From: Orbicella franksi
Taxonomy: Eukaryota
Reading direction: 5' to 3'
DNA length: 64,000 bases
NCBI GenBank assembly: GCA_964199315.1
Contig: OZ116703.1
Span: 7,812,001-7,876,000 of the forward strand
The stretch's first letter is position 1, and every line of letters starts with the position of its first letter. This document shows, in pieces, positions 12,816-26,200 of the stretch. The notes under the pieces were generated by a model. It was given only the letters and a program-made list of their open reading frames with translations. It was not told the DNA's origin and ran no database searches. The translations under genes and the position numbers were made by a program.

Positions 12816-15800
12816 GTAAGCTAAGGATTTTCAATGCTCAAATGCACAACGCTAATTATCAAATTAACTTTGGGTGAGTAAGTTTGTTTATTTTGTGATC
12901 CGTGTCGCTGGAACTTCCAACCACTAATAGTTTTGACACTTGTCTAAATGTTTTGTGATGAGGAAGTAATTATTGGTAAGTATTAAGCTTTAGTGGTCAA
13001 GTTATCCCGAGGAAGGCGTTGTTTTTGCATCAGTTTTTCATAGCTCGCGTTTTGTCTAATTCGAGAATGCTAATATGCTAAGATAAAGGTACACGCATGT
13101 ACATGCAAATTTAGCTTTGGTTAGTTTTCTGTTTGGTCTGTTCATACCTAAAGATGATTTGTATCGCCAAGCCAACGAGTCTGCGTTCAATTTCAGCTTC
13201 CCTTCTTAAACAAACGATTTCTTTTATTTACCATAAATAGAGAAATGTGAGCATTATTTTGGAAAGATTATCTCAAGTGAGGGAAACTCTTCTGTTGAGG
13301 GAAGGGGTAGAGGGTGGCAAATTATTGTTGTCAAAGATGCATAATTGCCACTGATATAATCCAGTCATGTTACATTGATCTGGTTCTATAGCTGTGCTAT
13401 TTTATAGTGGCGATTCTTAATACAGGGCTTGAAATTGCGACTCACTGGTTGCCAATGCGACCAAAAATTGAGCACTGGCGACTAAATTTTCAGAACAGGT
13501 CGCCAGCTGGCGACTTGCATTTTGTCCAATAACTAAAGAAAACCACGACGCAACTTTTGTTTTTAAATCTTTATGTTAGGAAATCAATTGGATATGGTAG
13601 CTAGTATACAACTCACCTTTCCATCCCCAGTAAAATAATGTCTGAATATTACACGATAATTGAAAAAATTGAATGTATTTCGACACGTCGATACTGCGTT
13701 CACGGCGCGCCATTAGTTTCAGCGGCTTCTTCTGAAACTGGGATCGCAGGCGCACTTCAACGCCATGGGCTTTTCATTTGCCGCGAAAGTGGTGGCAGAT
13801 ACGAATTAGTTGAAGAATTACGTGAGCGAAAGGCGTCGAGGAGAGCGAGTACAAAATAAAGAACGGCATTTCGAAGAATTAGCAAAGGAAAATACGCAAG
13901 GACCCGTGTTTGTCTCACAATGAAAACCCCGCACTTAAAACGTTTTATGCTTCGCTTCATTTAAAATGACTGTGGAGACAACCATCACCTTAGGAGCAGA
14001 GACATATCACCTGAGAACAACGGTAGCTTTATAACTAAGTGTTACTTGTGTTGTTTCTAATTGTTTTCGCTCTTCAATTGTGACTTTTTTTGCATGCAAA
14101 GTAACGTATAAAATCGAGTTCTTGTGTAAGTTATATACAAAATAAGTTGGCGACCAAAATTTACGATCTGGCGACCAAAATTTTTCCGTTAGTCGCCAGC
14201 TGGTTCCCGAATGAAAAAGTTAATTTCAAGCCCTGTAATATGGCCTTGTGATTATCGAAACCGATTTGTGGGACAAGGTCACCACAAGTCACAGGCCTTG
14301 CTTTTCTTTATGAGTTCCTTATGAGAGGGTTGTACAGGGGTATTGGGTGATCCCAGAAAATATCAATACCATATCATGGGTGGCATCTTGGAATTCCAAG
14401 GGAAAGGGGTGTTTTCTTGGAGTGGAATTCTGAAGGCATGGGGGGGGGGGGGGGGGCGGTAACGCAGTTTGGAATTTCAAACACATGGGGGGTTTCAGCT
14501 CTGAATTTCCATAGGGGTGAAGATGGCGAAAACTTCGCTTGAAATCGCTGATCTGATAACTTTTCCAGTTTGTACATCATCAAGCACGATTTGACCGTGG
14601 AAACAGGATAAAGATGTCAGCGATCAGGCAGAAAAGTGAGCAGATGGGTTGTGCAGTTTGGAATTTCTGAAGGCAAGGGGGGATTAAAATGTTCATACCG
14701 CCTGTGGTAGGGTATGGAAATTTCTGGAATCACCCATTCTCGTGATACCTGATTAGCTGATTTTATTTTTTGTGAAACGTGAATTTAGGAAATTATTCTT
14801 TGTGATCTGCAACCTGAAGGCTTTGCGTGATACATGAAGAACTTGAATTATTAACCAACAATTGTGATTTTACCACTCTATTCTACGTGATTTTGAGATG
14901 CGAGTCCTCTGAATGGTGAGATTTGTCTATCCAGAGTGATTTAGGTATGCGATTTGCAACAAATTTGTGATCCTCTATTTTTCCTGTTCGTGAACCATGC
15001 CAGAGGACCCCCCCTGTACAACCCTCTTATGGGGGGGGGGGGGGGGAAACAAAAAAACTGTAAATCACAAATCCATCAAAAATGGATATGATTTATGCTG
15101 AAATTGTATGGAAGAACTACTCAAAGAACACCCTATTATCTGCAAACAGTTAGGAGGGGACACCAGATAACTCAGTTCAGATGTCTTCATTCTAAGAATG
15201 TAGCTCAAACAAAATAAACTTGTAAAGGTGAATTAATCAACATGACACAAACGTGGGACAAAGAAAAATTCTGAGTCCCCAACAGGAATCGAACCCATGA
15301 CCTCCCGAACACCGGGCGGGCGCTCTATCCACTGAGCTACAAGAACTCATGAAGAGCAGGGTCATTTAACTGAGTTGATATATGACAGGTGTCCTGCATA
15401 CTGCTAGGATCAACACTATCAAAGTCATCGTGAGTAGTGATAAGTTAATAGAGATGGTGAAAAATAAACTTGTTACACATCACATGACTCTCATTCCAAT
15501 TTCTCGCTGTCTATATTGGTAGTTCATGCTTGTATCTAATCACATGACAATCACATGTAACTGCAGGATAACATAACTTCTACATGAATAGTGTAGCATA
15601 TTTAGGACTGTTGCTGCTTTTCACGTGATGTGATCATTTTCTAAAATTAAAAATTACCAATCCTTTTGAAGTTTTAGTTTCATCAGATATAAGACCCTCT
15701 AAGAACTTGATGTTTTACAGCGTTTAAGCTCGACAGGGTTCCTCATTTGGTTATAGAGGACGCGTGAATGAAAAATGGCACTGACCTAAATCTTGGTGAG

Positions 15801-18800
15801 GTTGTTTATATATTAAGCATCTATCATATTGCTGACTCTTGACTTATTTTATTGAATGGTTACAATTTTTATTTTTGATGGCGTGACAGTGTTACAAACC
15901 AGCAATTCAAAGTCTATACTGCATTTGTCTAATGAATCACATACTGCACTGGTGCAGCCTGTGTATGGAAAGCCATAACTTTCTTATGTGGTTGTTTATC
16001 ATTATTTGGTGTGGTTTCTTCATTATGTGTTGTAGTTACTTCATTATGTTGTGTGGTTTCTTCATTATGTATTGTAGTTACTTCATTATGTTTTGTGGTT
16101 TCTTCATTATGTCTTGTAATGTAGTCCTGACGTGACGTGTTTTTATCATGATGTTGTGTAATAACTTCATTACGTGGTGTGGTTTTATCGTGATGCATTG
16201 AGGTTGCTAAGTTATGTTTTGTGCTCTTGTCATGATGTAATGTGGTTACGCTGTTATGTTGTCTGGTATCTTTGCTATGTGGTTTGATCATTACGTGATG
16301 TGGTTACGTCTTTATGTCTTCCGATACCAAGTTCTAGTATCCAGGCTTCTTGCTATCACGAACTGGTTAAACCAGTTTTTAGATGGGTCCCAGTTCCTTC
16401 TCTTCCCCAGTGTTAAAGACAACAAAATGGGGGGAACAAGCAACGACATTTTGTCAACTATACTTGATAAGATGCACCTTGGGCATCTTATTGAGAACTT
16501 CCAGCGTGAAAAGGTAACTGTGAATCAAATACGTAAGTTATCTTCTGAAGAAATGGAACTTTAAGGTGTGAACGATTGCAACGCAATGATGAATTTAAAG
16601 TCAGAGTGGTTAAACTACGGTAGCAATCCATCGCCAAGGAAACCAGGAACACAAGCGTGTGGCGCTACTGAGTACTTATAATTTCTTAGTCAGATTTAGA
16701 GGGGTACCTGGAGGATGGCTTTAATATTGAGGACATTGCGTCGTTACGTTTTGTTTCAGAAAGTACTGTTTATCGTAGAATGGGTCATTATGGCCTTAGT
16801 CAGTTGCAATTCACAGAAATATCAGGTGAGCTTGATGAAGTTGTAGAGGAAATAACAAAGGAATATCCTTCTTACGGAGAGGGACTGCTAAAGAAAATAC
16901 TGGCAGATCAGGGAATATTAAGGTTCAGAGGATGAGGCTCTGTGACAGCATTCATAGGGTCGATCATGAAAGAGCCGAAAACAGGAAGAAAGGCTGTCTA
17001 TGTCGAAGGACCTATAATGTTCAGGGTCCATTTCTTCAGAAGATAGCTTACATATTTGATCCACAGTTACCTTTTCACGCTGGAAGTTCTCAAGAGCTGG
17101 TTTTCACATGACGTCACGAAAATTCAAACTACAAAACTATTGATCTTCCTGAGATTTTACTCAAATGATGTATAAGAGCAGCTGAAAACTAATAGTCATA
17201 CAAATTTTCGCTCCAAATGGGTTCTTGGTTTTGTGATACACTACGCTTAAATTGCTAAGCCTTTGCATGACGCGGCATTTACATGACGGCCTAGAGAGCT
17301 GTTATGATGGTGAAAAAAGTGACTTATTTTGGGGAACTTGGCTATCTGAACAGTTTGTGTCTTAGAAAGAGTATTATTTTAATGTTTTAGAGTTCCTCGA
17401 GGGATAAATTCATGCTTTTGTAGCAAAACTCAGTGTCAGATGTTTCTGTTGGTTTCCGGCCACCATGTTGGCCGTTGCCTATATGGATGGGCACCAGCAT
17501 GGCGTCTCCATGCAAATCTCTATAAATTTGGGCAAAAAATGTCGTTGCATATCTCGCATAAGAAAAATTGCTGTGACCAGAATTTTGGCGAGAGTCTTTG
17601 CATATTTACCTTCTTTCATTTCCCAGATTCTGGACTTTATCTATTGACCGGTTTTAATTTTTATTTTGATCTATTTTGAATTGCGTGACGCTGAAATCCA
17701 GCAATAAGATGCCCAAGGTGCATCTTATCAGGTATAGTTGACAAAATGTTGTTGCTTGTTCCCCCCATTTTGTTGTCTTTAACACTGGGGAAGAGAAGGA
17801 ACTGAGACCCATCTAAAAACTGGTTTAATCAGTTCGTGATAGCAAGAAGCCTGGATACTAGAGCTTGGTATCGTAAGTGCAGTCAAGAAGACATAAAGAC
17901 GCAACCACATCACGTAATGATCAAACCACATAGCGAAGATACCAGACAACATAACAGCGTAACCACATTACATCATGACAAGAGCACAAAACATAACTTA
18001 ACAACCTCAATACATCACAATAAAACCACACCACATAATTAAGTTATTACACAACATCGTGATAAAAACATGTCACGTCAGGACTACATTACAAGACATA
18101 ATGAAGAAACCATACAACATAATGAAGTAACTACAACACATAATGAAGAAACCACACCAAATAATGATAAACAACCACATAAGAAAGTTATGGCTTTCCA
18201 TACCTGTGGATAAGAAACAAATGTTCGGACAAATTGAACACTATTTTGATGTATACTTGGCTGGATGGGCTGTTGGGAGCCAATCAGGAAAAAAAAACCC
18301 ATCCAGCTGCATGTACATTACAGTAATGATTATAACAATGAATAAGTTACCTTGCATCATCTGGTTATGATGTATGTGTGAGATTTGGAGAGTGCAAAAC
18401 AAACTTAATAGTTGGGCAAGGTGTAGCAGAGAGCAACCCTTAAACTTCTCGAGAGCTTATCTCGATTTCTGTAGCATGAAGTGACTAGGAGTATTTCTAC
18501 TCCCCCTGGATAGGATGCTAGTCCATCGCAGGGTTATCCCCCAGCATTAAGTTTGCTGGTACCCATTTATGCACTTGGGTGGAGAGAGGCACTGTGAGAG
18601 TAAAGTGTCTTGGCTAAGATCAGAATCCAACATGATGTCTCTGGGCAGGGCTTGAACCTGGACTGCTCAATCTGGGGGTGAGTGATTGACCATGAGGCTA
18701 CTATGCCTCCACAGTGGCACATAGATGGCCAGCATTCCAGCGTAGTTTGAGTGATGGAAGTTTATTTCTAAGTGATGAAACACTGCATCTTATATTTGAT

Positions 18801-21800
18801 GTACTTTGTAATATAAATTTTATTATGTCAAGTCCTGATACTCACAAAACTATAATTGTAAATCATTTGTTTTCCTCAGGAGAGCACATACTGTGACGGT
18901 ATTGTTAATAATGTTATGTGTCCTGGTCTACGTTGGAGCATTTGAGAACCCACATGAAAATAGTGAATATAATGCAAAGAGGTTAGAATATTATATTGTT
19001 ACGAGTTTTTTTTTTAATAGATTCCGATCATATAAAGGTGTTTTCCTGTTGTGCTGTGTTAGTTAGTATGACGGTGAGATATGTAACTGCCAACTGACAA
19101 TGATAATTAACTGCCTTTGTCTATCTATTATCATTTCAGAGGAATTATAGCCTGTATTGTCGTGTTTCTATTGTTTGGTGTGACTCAGACCAGGGATGGC
19201 CCCTTTAAAAGACCTCACCCAGGTATATAATTTGTAATATTAATTAATTTAAAATTGGAGCTGAGTTAATTTATGCCCCTAACTAGGCTATTTAATTTGC
19301 AAGTAATAGATCATAAACAGTGTTTTCAATAAGACCCAGAACATCTCAGACCTCTGGCTGGTATTCTGTTGTGAATCATCACAATCAATTAATCTGTGTC
19401 CCAGAGTTTTCAAAATTTAAGAATCCTCCCCTCCCCTCCTTAAGAGAAAGATGCAATAGGCCTCTATTGTTGTTTTCTGATGGTTACTGCAACAGGGCAG
19501 TAACCTTAAAACAAATCATGTTGAAAGCACCAGTGTTTCAGCCAGAAAATTTTACTTGAAGGCCAAAGTGGCCCCTGAAGACCTTTTTTAAGGGCCAATT
19601 TTTTAGGAAAGGGGCCAATAAATTGAAAGCTGCAGTAGGAAAAAATGCATCAGGGTACCAAGAAAAAGAAAGCAGTTTATTAGGATCTATGATAAAATTT
19701 AATGAGTGCTTTTTGAAGTGTTCCTACTCAATAAAGTTTCTTTTGAATCAGATACTAGTATGAAGGATCCGTGCATTACAAGAGAACAATCCTTAGGCAT
19801 ACATGATGTAGTCAATGATCAAGGGTTTGCAATGCATTATAGGGCGATTTCATACACGGTCAGCCATTTGAAGCTATTAGTAAAATTATCTTAGAATAGT
19901 TTAATAGATGGTTTTGACTTTTTGTTTTCTTTGTTTTGATTTTTAGCCTTCTGGCGTCTTATTCTTTGCCTAAGTGTTGTTTATGAACTAGCTCTAATAT
20001 TTCTGTTATTTCAGGTATGTACTCATTATTAATATTGTGTTATTATATTTAACAAATATCATTCAAGACCTGGTAAATTTATGGCTAAAATAAGAAGTAC
20101 TTGGCCCATTTTATCATCTGATGCAAGGGTGACAATCATTCTGACAAGGTTTTGAAATTTCAAACTAGGGAAGTGGAAGAGAACTAGCCTGGAAGCAGGT
20201 TCACATTTGAGTCAGATATGTGGACAGTGAAGAGCGAGTCTGCAAGCAAATTGAAATTCTGTGAAATTCTCCACATAAAAGTTCTGCTCAGTAAGCTTTC
20301 AATGACATTGCAATGCACCTGTAATATAGCCACAGACTGAAAATATGGATTTGAACATAATAAACAGTACAACATTAATTTAAGTGTGAGAATGATTGTG
20401 TGTTAGAAGCCTCTCCGAAGACATCAAAGCTTGAACTGCCATAGATTTAGATGTGGTAGAAGTCTTTTTTGAGCTAATCATTTTACCATTTGGTTAATAC
20501 TTGTTGTGCCATTCTTTCCAGAGCACTGATGATGCAAGGCAGTTATTAAAGTATCTTGATGAAGATTTAGGTAAACCACTGCCAGAGCAATCTTATGGAG
20601 AAGACTGTAGACTGTATACACCAGGACACCCCAAGGGATCCTTCCACAACTTTCTTGTAGGTTACATAGAGTGATCTGTGGTAGTTTCTCCTTTCATTCT
20701 TAGTATGATGCTGCTCAGAGACGTTATGAGAATAAAGGAACTCATCAGTTGGTTGATATTGCTGTAATTGATCTGTCTGCATAGTCCCAGAAGTGACACT
20801 GAGGGAATTATGTTAAAATGCGACAGGAACAAATATCGTGAACATTAAGGCCCTGTTGACAGTGTGCCTGAGAAATTTGAAAACACAGCTTTATTTGTCT
20901 TGGGTTAGGCCTACTGTCCACACTGTCTAATCTGTCTTGATAGCTTTTCTGATACGCCTTTCAAACTGGTGAAATTTGAAAACGGCGGCTTTGCATTTTA
21001 GTGTGGGTGCAAAACATTTTGAAAATGGAGCTTTTCAAAAACAATGATGTCACGACAATCATGGGATTTCCCTGCTCGAGTTTTCTTCAAACACAAATCC
21101 AAAATGACCGATGATAAGTTGTGTTTTCAAATTTCTTTGGCATAGTGTGGATGGGAAACATTTGGTACGTTTTCAGACAGAAACACCTTTTTAAAATCCC
21201 TCTGGCATAGTGTGGATGAGGCATAAGTTCTGGTCAGGATATCGTGTTAATTAAAGTTTTAATATCGGATAGCTTAGGCACACTATGTTGACTGTTATGT
21301 TTAATTAAGTTAAATTTTCTATCTTGATTAAAAGTTGGATTAATTGAACACTGTGAACAAAACAACAAGCAATTCTGAGCATCCCACATGCTGCCATGTT
21401 TAAATAAATAAATAAATAAATAAACAAGTAAATAAATAAATAATAAATAATCATGTTTATATAAATGCGGGATGACCATTTCAGTTAAAAAAACTGCTAT
21501 CAACATGGGTCCTGCGTAAACTATTTACTTATATTTACAAAGCTTGATGGGAAATTATGATGTCACCACATGGTCATGCATTTTCAAATTACTTAATTGT
21601 GTGAATTCTTCTATTTGTTTCAATGTGTTGTCCAGCTTAATTGCAATATGATTACAGATTTAATTCAAAACTTTTAGACTCCACATTAAGATCTCTCTCT
21701 TGCACAATGATGTCACAACTTAGCATAAACTGATTAAGATGGTGCGCAGGTGATATAAACCAGACAGACAACAGACACTTTGCATTCCGACCACTTACTG

Positions 21801-23221
21801 AGATACTGCTTAATAGTTTTAACTTTTAAAAAACCCCAGGATCATTTAAAGGGAACCATTCACTTCACTTTGAAGCTTGAACTGTTTTTCAGCCAAGATT
21901 CCCTTTAACATGGTGGTCAATTGCTCATTGCCAATGTCTAATATCAATTGGTTTCTCTTGTTGCCCTACAGGAAAAGTGTGACGTCTTTCTACCAGCTCA
22001 TTTCTTTGGCTGGTGGGCAAAGGTAAGATTCTTAAGACAAAATTTCCTGAGTGATGCATATTATAATATTATTAGAGACCCTGTGGACTAGAATTCATGC
22101 CAGAATGGTTGGTTATCCTGTGCTAGCACCAGGCTCACTCAGGGTTACCAAACATTGCTTTTTAACAAACACTAGGATGGGCCAACTGTTCTCAAAGAAG
22201 CAACTGAAAGCATCCAAACTAAATGTCGAAAAATTCCAACAGGAAAGGCCCACGTGTAAAACCTTCTCAAGGAGTGATGAGAATTGAGGTTACAAAATAA
22301 TGGAGAATCTATTGTTACACTTTGATATGAATTTTTTTCACAATAACATTACAGTATGTGGCAATTGCGTGTGCTTAATTGAACATTTGCCTCAATGCCA
22401 AATTTGTTCCACTGAGGGTGGCTCGGACCAAAGATCTGCTTAATTAATTATGTTGAATAATTTGCATGCCTGCATGCCATAAGTATACAATAAGTAGTTT
22501 ATTAGTATTGAAACTTTCATTCAGAGTTGAGATAGTGTAGTTACTACACTGATTGCTGTGTAGTTTCTTTTTTCTTTTAGAATGATTAGTTTTCTGTTGA
22601 CAAATTATGTATTTCAGGCACTCATTATTCGTGATTACTGGTTATTGACTGTGATTAGTGTTCTCTTTGAAATCTTGGAATACTCTTTGGAGCATCAGTT
22701 ACCCAACTTCAGTGAATGCTGGTGGGATCATGTAAGTCTTGTAAACATTAGTTATCTAGATGAGAGCAATTTTCAGTGGACTGTCTTAAAACCAAAACTA
22801 AAGTAATCACTCCAGATGGCCAAACACAAAGAACCGTACAATCCAATGAACCAATCAAAACTTGACGTTAATACATGTAGCTGATGCAAAGTGCGGGAAA
22901 AAGTGTGCGAAGGAGTCACAATTGGTTTTGGCTTTACTTCTCATTGGATGAGCAAGTGGCGTGAGTTTTTTTAATCTAATCGTGTGGTGTAGTAGAGCCG
23001 TTTTCATTTGAGTGTTGAAAAGCAATTGGTTTTACATCAACTACAGGTGTTGTACACTGCATGATTGACTTAAAATCTCGTACCACTTTTTCATCCAATC
23101 AGTTGGGTCTCGCTTGCACTCGTTTCACTGCACTCTTCGTCAACTACATGTTAATACTTCTGGTTTTGATTGGTTCACTGTATTGCCCACGTTCTTTGTG
23201 ACTGGCTTGAGTGGTAACTTT

Positions 23222-23268
<47 letters not shown>

Positions 23269-26200
23269 AACTGCGCTAATCCAAAACCAATTACTCTTTG
23301 TCACTCAAGTGAAAACTGCTTTATTGCATTGCGAAAGTAAACACCATGCAACAGCATGTACTTTGCTGAACTAGCTTCTTCAGTCTGTAATGGGGAAAAT
23401 TGCTCGTTTTAGTGCAGAGTGCACTATTGGGATGGTTATGGGAGCTGCCTGCCGCTAAGGAACTAAGGCGCTATGGCACTATTGTGCTATGGCCCTATGG
23501 CGCTAAGGTGTAAACTTTAATGTTTGTTTAATTAATTAATTTCGATTAATTCATTAGTCTAGAGGCAAGAAAGTAGTGGGGGTAGGGTGGGAAAGGTACA
23601 TGTGTACTCTACGTAAAACACATTCCATCACCGTCACTTAGCTTTGAACATCGCAAAGCTATATATTTGTTTCAAGTAACCCCTTGTTCTCCTTGTTCTC
23701 TTTTATGCTTGTTTATTAACCTTGCATGCCACTTGGTCAATAAATTTGCAGAACTGAAAAGAAAAAAAAAAACCTCAACCTATTATTTCCCAAAGAAAGA
23801 TTTCAAAACATGATTAATTTCTTGCACTTACAGTCCAAATTATTTGTTGCAAAATTAATGTCTGCATATTTTCATTTCTTGAACAGTGGATTATGGATGT
23901 TCTCGTCTGTAATGGCTTTGGAGTTTACCTTGGTATGAAGACTTGTGAATATCTTGGAAATAAGGTAAAGCTTCTTTTTCATAACACGTTCAAACTCCTT
24001 TTACAGACACTCTTTGTTAAGTAGTGTAGCTACATGTGTGAGTTCGAGGAAAAACATCTTATGTAAGTGCATGTGGACATCTACAGTGTACGTAATTTGC
24101 CTATTAAAGTCGAGTAGTAATACCGTGTGAGCCAGTCTAGCAGTAGGTGGCCACTGTGCTACCTGTATGCACACATGAAAGTTAACAATTCTAATGCTAG
24201 CCATAGTGCTAATCAGGCTTACTAGGATAAATAAACTAAATATTAGTCTTGTGGCTCTCTGTCTAGCTGACCTTAACTAACAATACTAAGATTAAATCCA
24301 TGTACAGTAGTATAAACAATGTAAAGGGTGATGTTTAAGCACAGCAGAGAAGATATATATTAATCAACATATATTAATCCTTTTTACTTCTTTCTATTTT
24401 TAGCCATATCACTGGAGGGGTTTATGGAACATTCCCACATACAGGTAGAGTGACTGTTTCTCTGTTGTGTTTGCGTGCCAGACTAAATCTTTAACTTGCC
24501 AATCACGAAGCTAGGAAGGGAGAAAATATGGTAGTTGAAGAAAATCAGGGGTGTGTTGCCCTCATCAGCATGCAAAGAAAGTCATGTGCCATAACCTAGG
24601 GCTTTTGCAGGTTAATGGTTTCTGTCCTCGGCTCACACGATGGGCAAGTGAAGGTTTTTGCGGGAAAATTTTGGAGGAAATTCGTATCATAGAAGTACTG
24701 TGCTACGCAACATACAAACTCCTCAAAACCTTTTGACCACCCTTGTCATATGTATTACAGTTATCGGCATGTCCGTGTCAAGTATCACGAGTTGGCGTAA
24801 AGAGTCTCTGATTGTTTTATTTGCTTTTTTTTTTTTTTGCTACTGTTAACTAACTTTTTTTAAGTTTTTTTTTTTATATATTTATGTTCCAAATCTTTTG
24901 AAGCGGTTTTCACCGGCAAATTACTAGCACACTTTTGATTCGCAAATGTATCATTCATTAGTTTTCGGACACCGATTCTGCTTCATTTCATACGAATTTA
25001 TATAACTAGCGAAATCATTAGGGAACAACGTTTCGCAGTTACAGTATCAAATTCTAGCGTGGAAAAATGCGGTGAAGAATTTGTGAATGTAATTATGGGT
25101 ATAAAAATTGGGAGCAAGTAGTCCTATGTGGAAAGCTTTGCACGGAAAGATCTCTTCTGCTGTCCGATCTCTTTTGTTCTTCAACGTGTTTGTGGAGGTG
25201 TTGACGACATGACCTGCACGACACAGGTCATTTAGAATGGCTGGTTTTGGCTCAGTTTTGCATCTTAAAGTGCACCTAACCCCAAAAATGTTTTTTCGCT
25301 AGAACGAATCTACTTATTATTTGAAATAGTTCTGCGAAAAAATTTTTGAATTCCGTTAAATCCTCGATTTTCTATGCCACGACGAAATCTCGAAAATAGC
25401 TCCAAAACACCGCCATTTTGTTTCACGACCGAGTTTGAGGAGAATGGGTCCAGCGGCTCTTGTGACGTCTACCCAGGAAGGTTGGATATCTCATTTCCTC
25501 TCATTTCCTTCAGGATGGTGCAATACACATTCGAAAAGTGCGCAGAAACGCCTTCCAGAGGTGCTATCGGCTGTTGCAGCAATATTCCAGGCTTAACTGC
25601 AGAATACCCTGCCACTTCAAAGCTAACCCCCAAAATTGACTGGATACGCGGATACGCGGATACGAGGATGGAAAGAAGAGAGACCCTGGGGACGAAGCTA
25701 TGAGCAATAGGAGTGGATACGCGGATACGCGGATATGAACTTCGCGGATTAAAAAACAGAACACTACTCTAATAGTTCTGTCGGAAATACTATTTTACCA
25801 TTACACTTATCCTTTAGTCACAAATTCTAGTTCAACGGTTATAAAACAAAGGATTACTCTGATCGTTCTGTCAGAAATACAATTTTACCATTACACTTAT
25901 CGTTTAGTCAGAAATACTATCAGAAATACTAGTTCAAAGCAAACTTTCGTGTCCAACTATTCTAATTTGTAAACACGTGCAACATCCTTCAGAAATACGA
26001 TAAACAAATCTTTTCCACGGTTAACATACCGCCAAATAAATTCGGCCAGATATGACGAATAATGTTCTTTCTTCCTTCCATGCGTAGGAAGGTTCACTTT
26101 CATCTGCCTCCAGTGTCCTTCCTGTTTATTTGTGTCATAACCCTCAGGACTAACGAACTCTACAGAGTGGTTTACAGTTTTGTGAATGTATCCGTACTTA

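Larger units (their letters stand above)
15964..18202. mobile_element. IS3EU-type DNA transposon, internally deleted, with ~500-530-bp inverted ends
   Basis: Termini TAT...ATA; 6-bp TSD CCTGTG on both sides; 15964-16493 is the inverted copy of 17702-18202. 6-bp TSD and TAY..RTA ends are the described IS3EU signature. Confidence 0.8.

Noticed and set aside
15929-18370. His/Thr/Asn-rich and Cys/Phe-rich ORFs (15929-16291, 15932-16135, 17836-18042, 18143-18370)
   Set aside because: They are translations of the 21-bp minisatellite in the IS3EU inverted arms.
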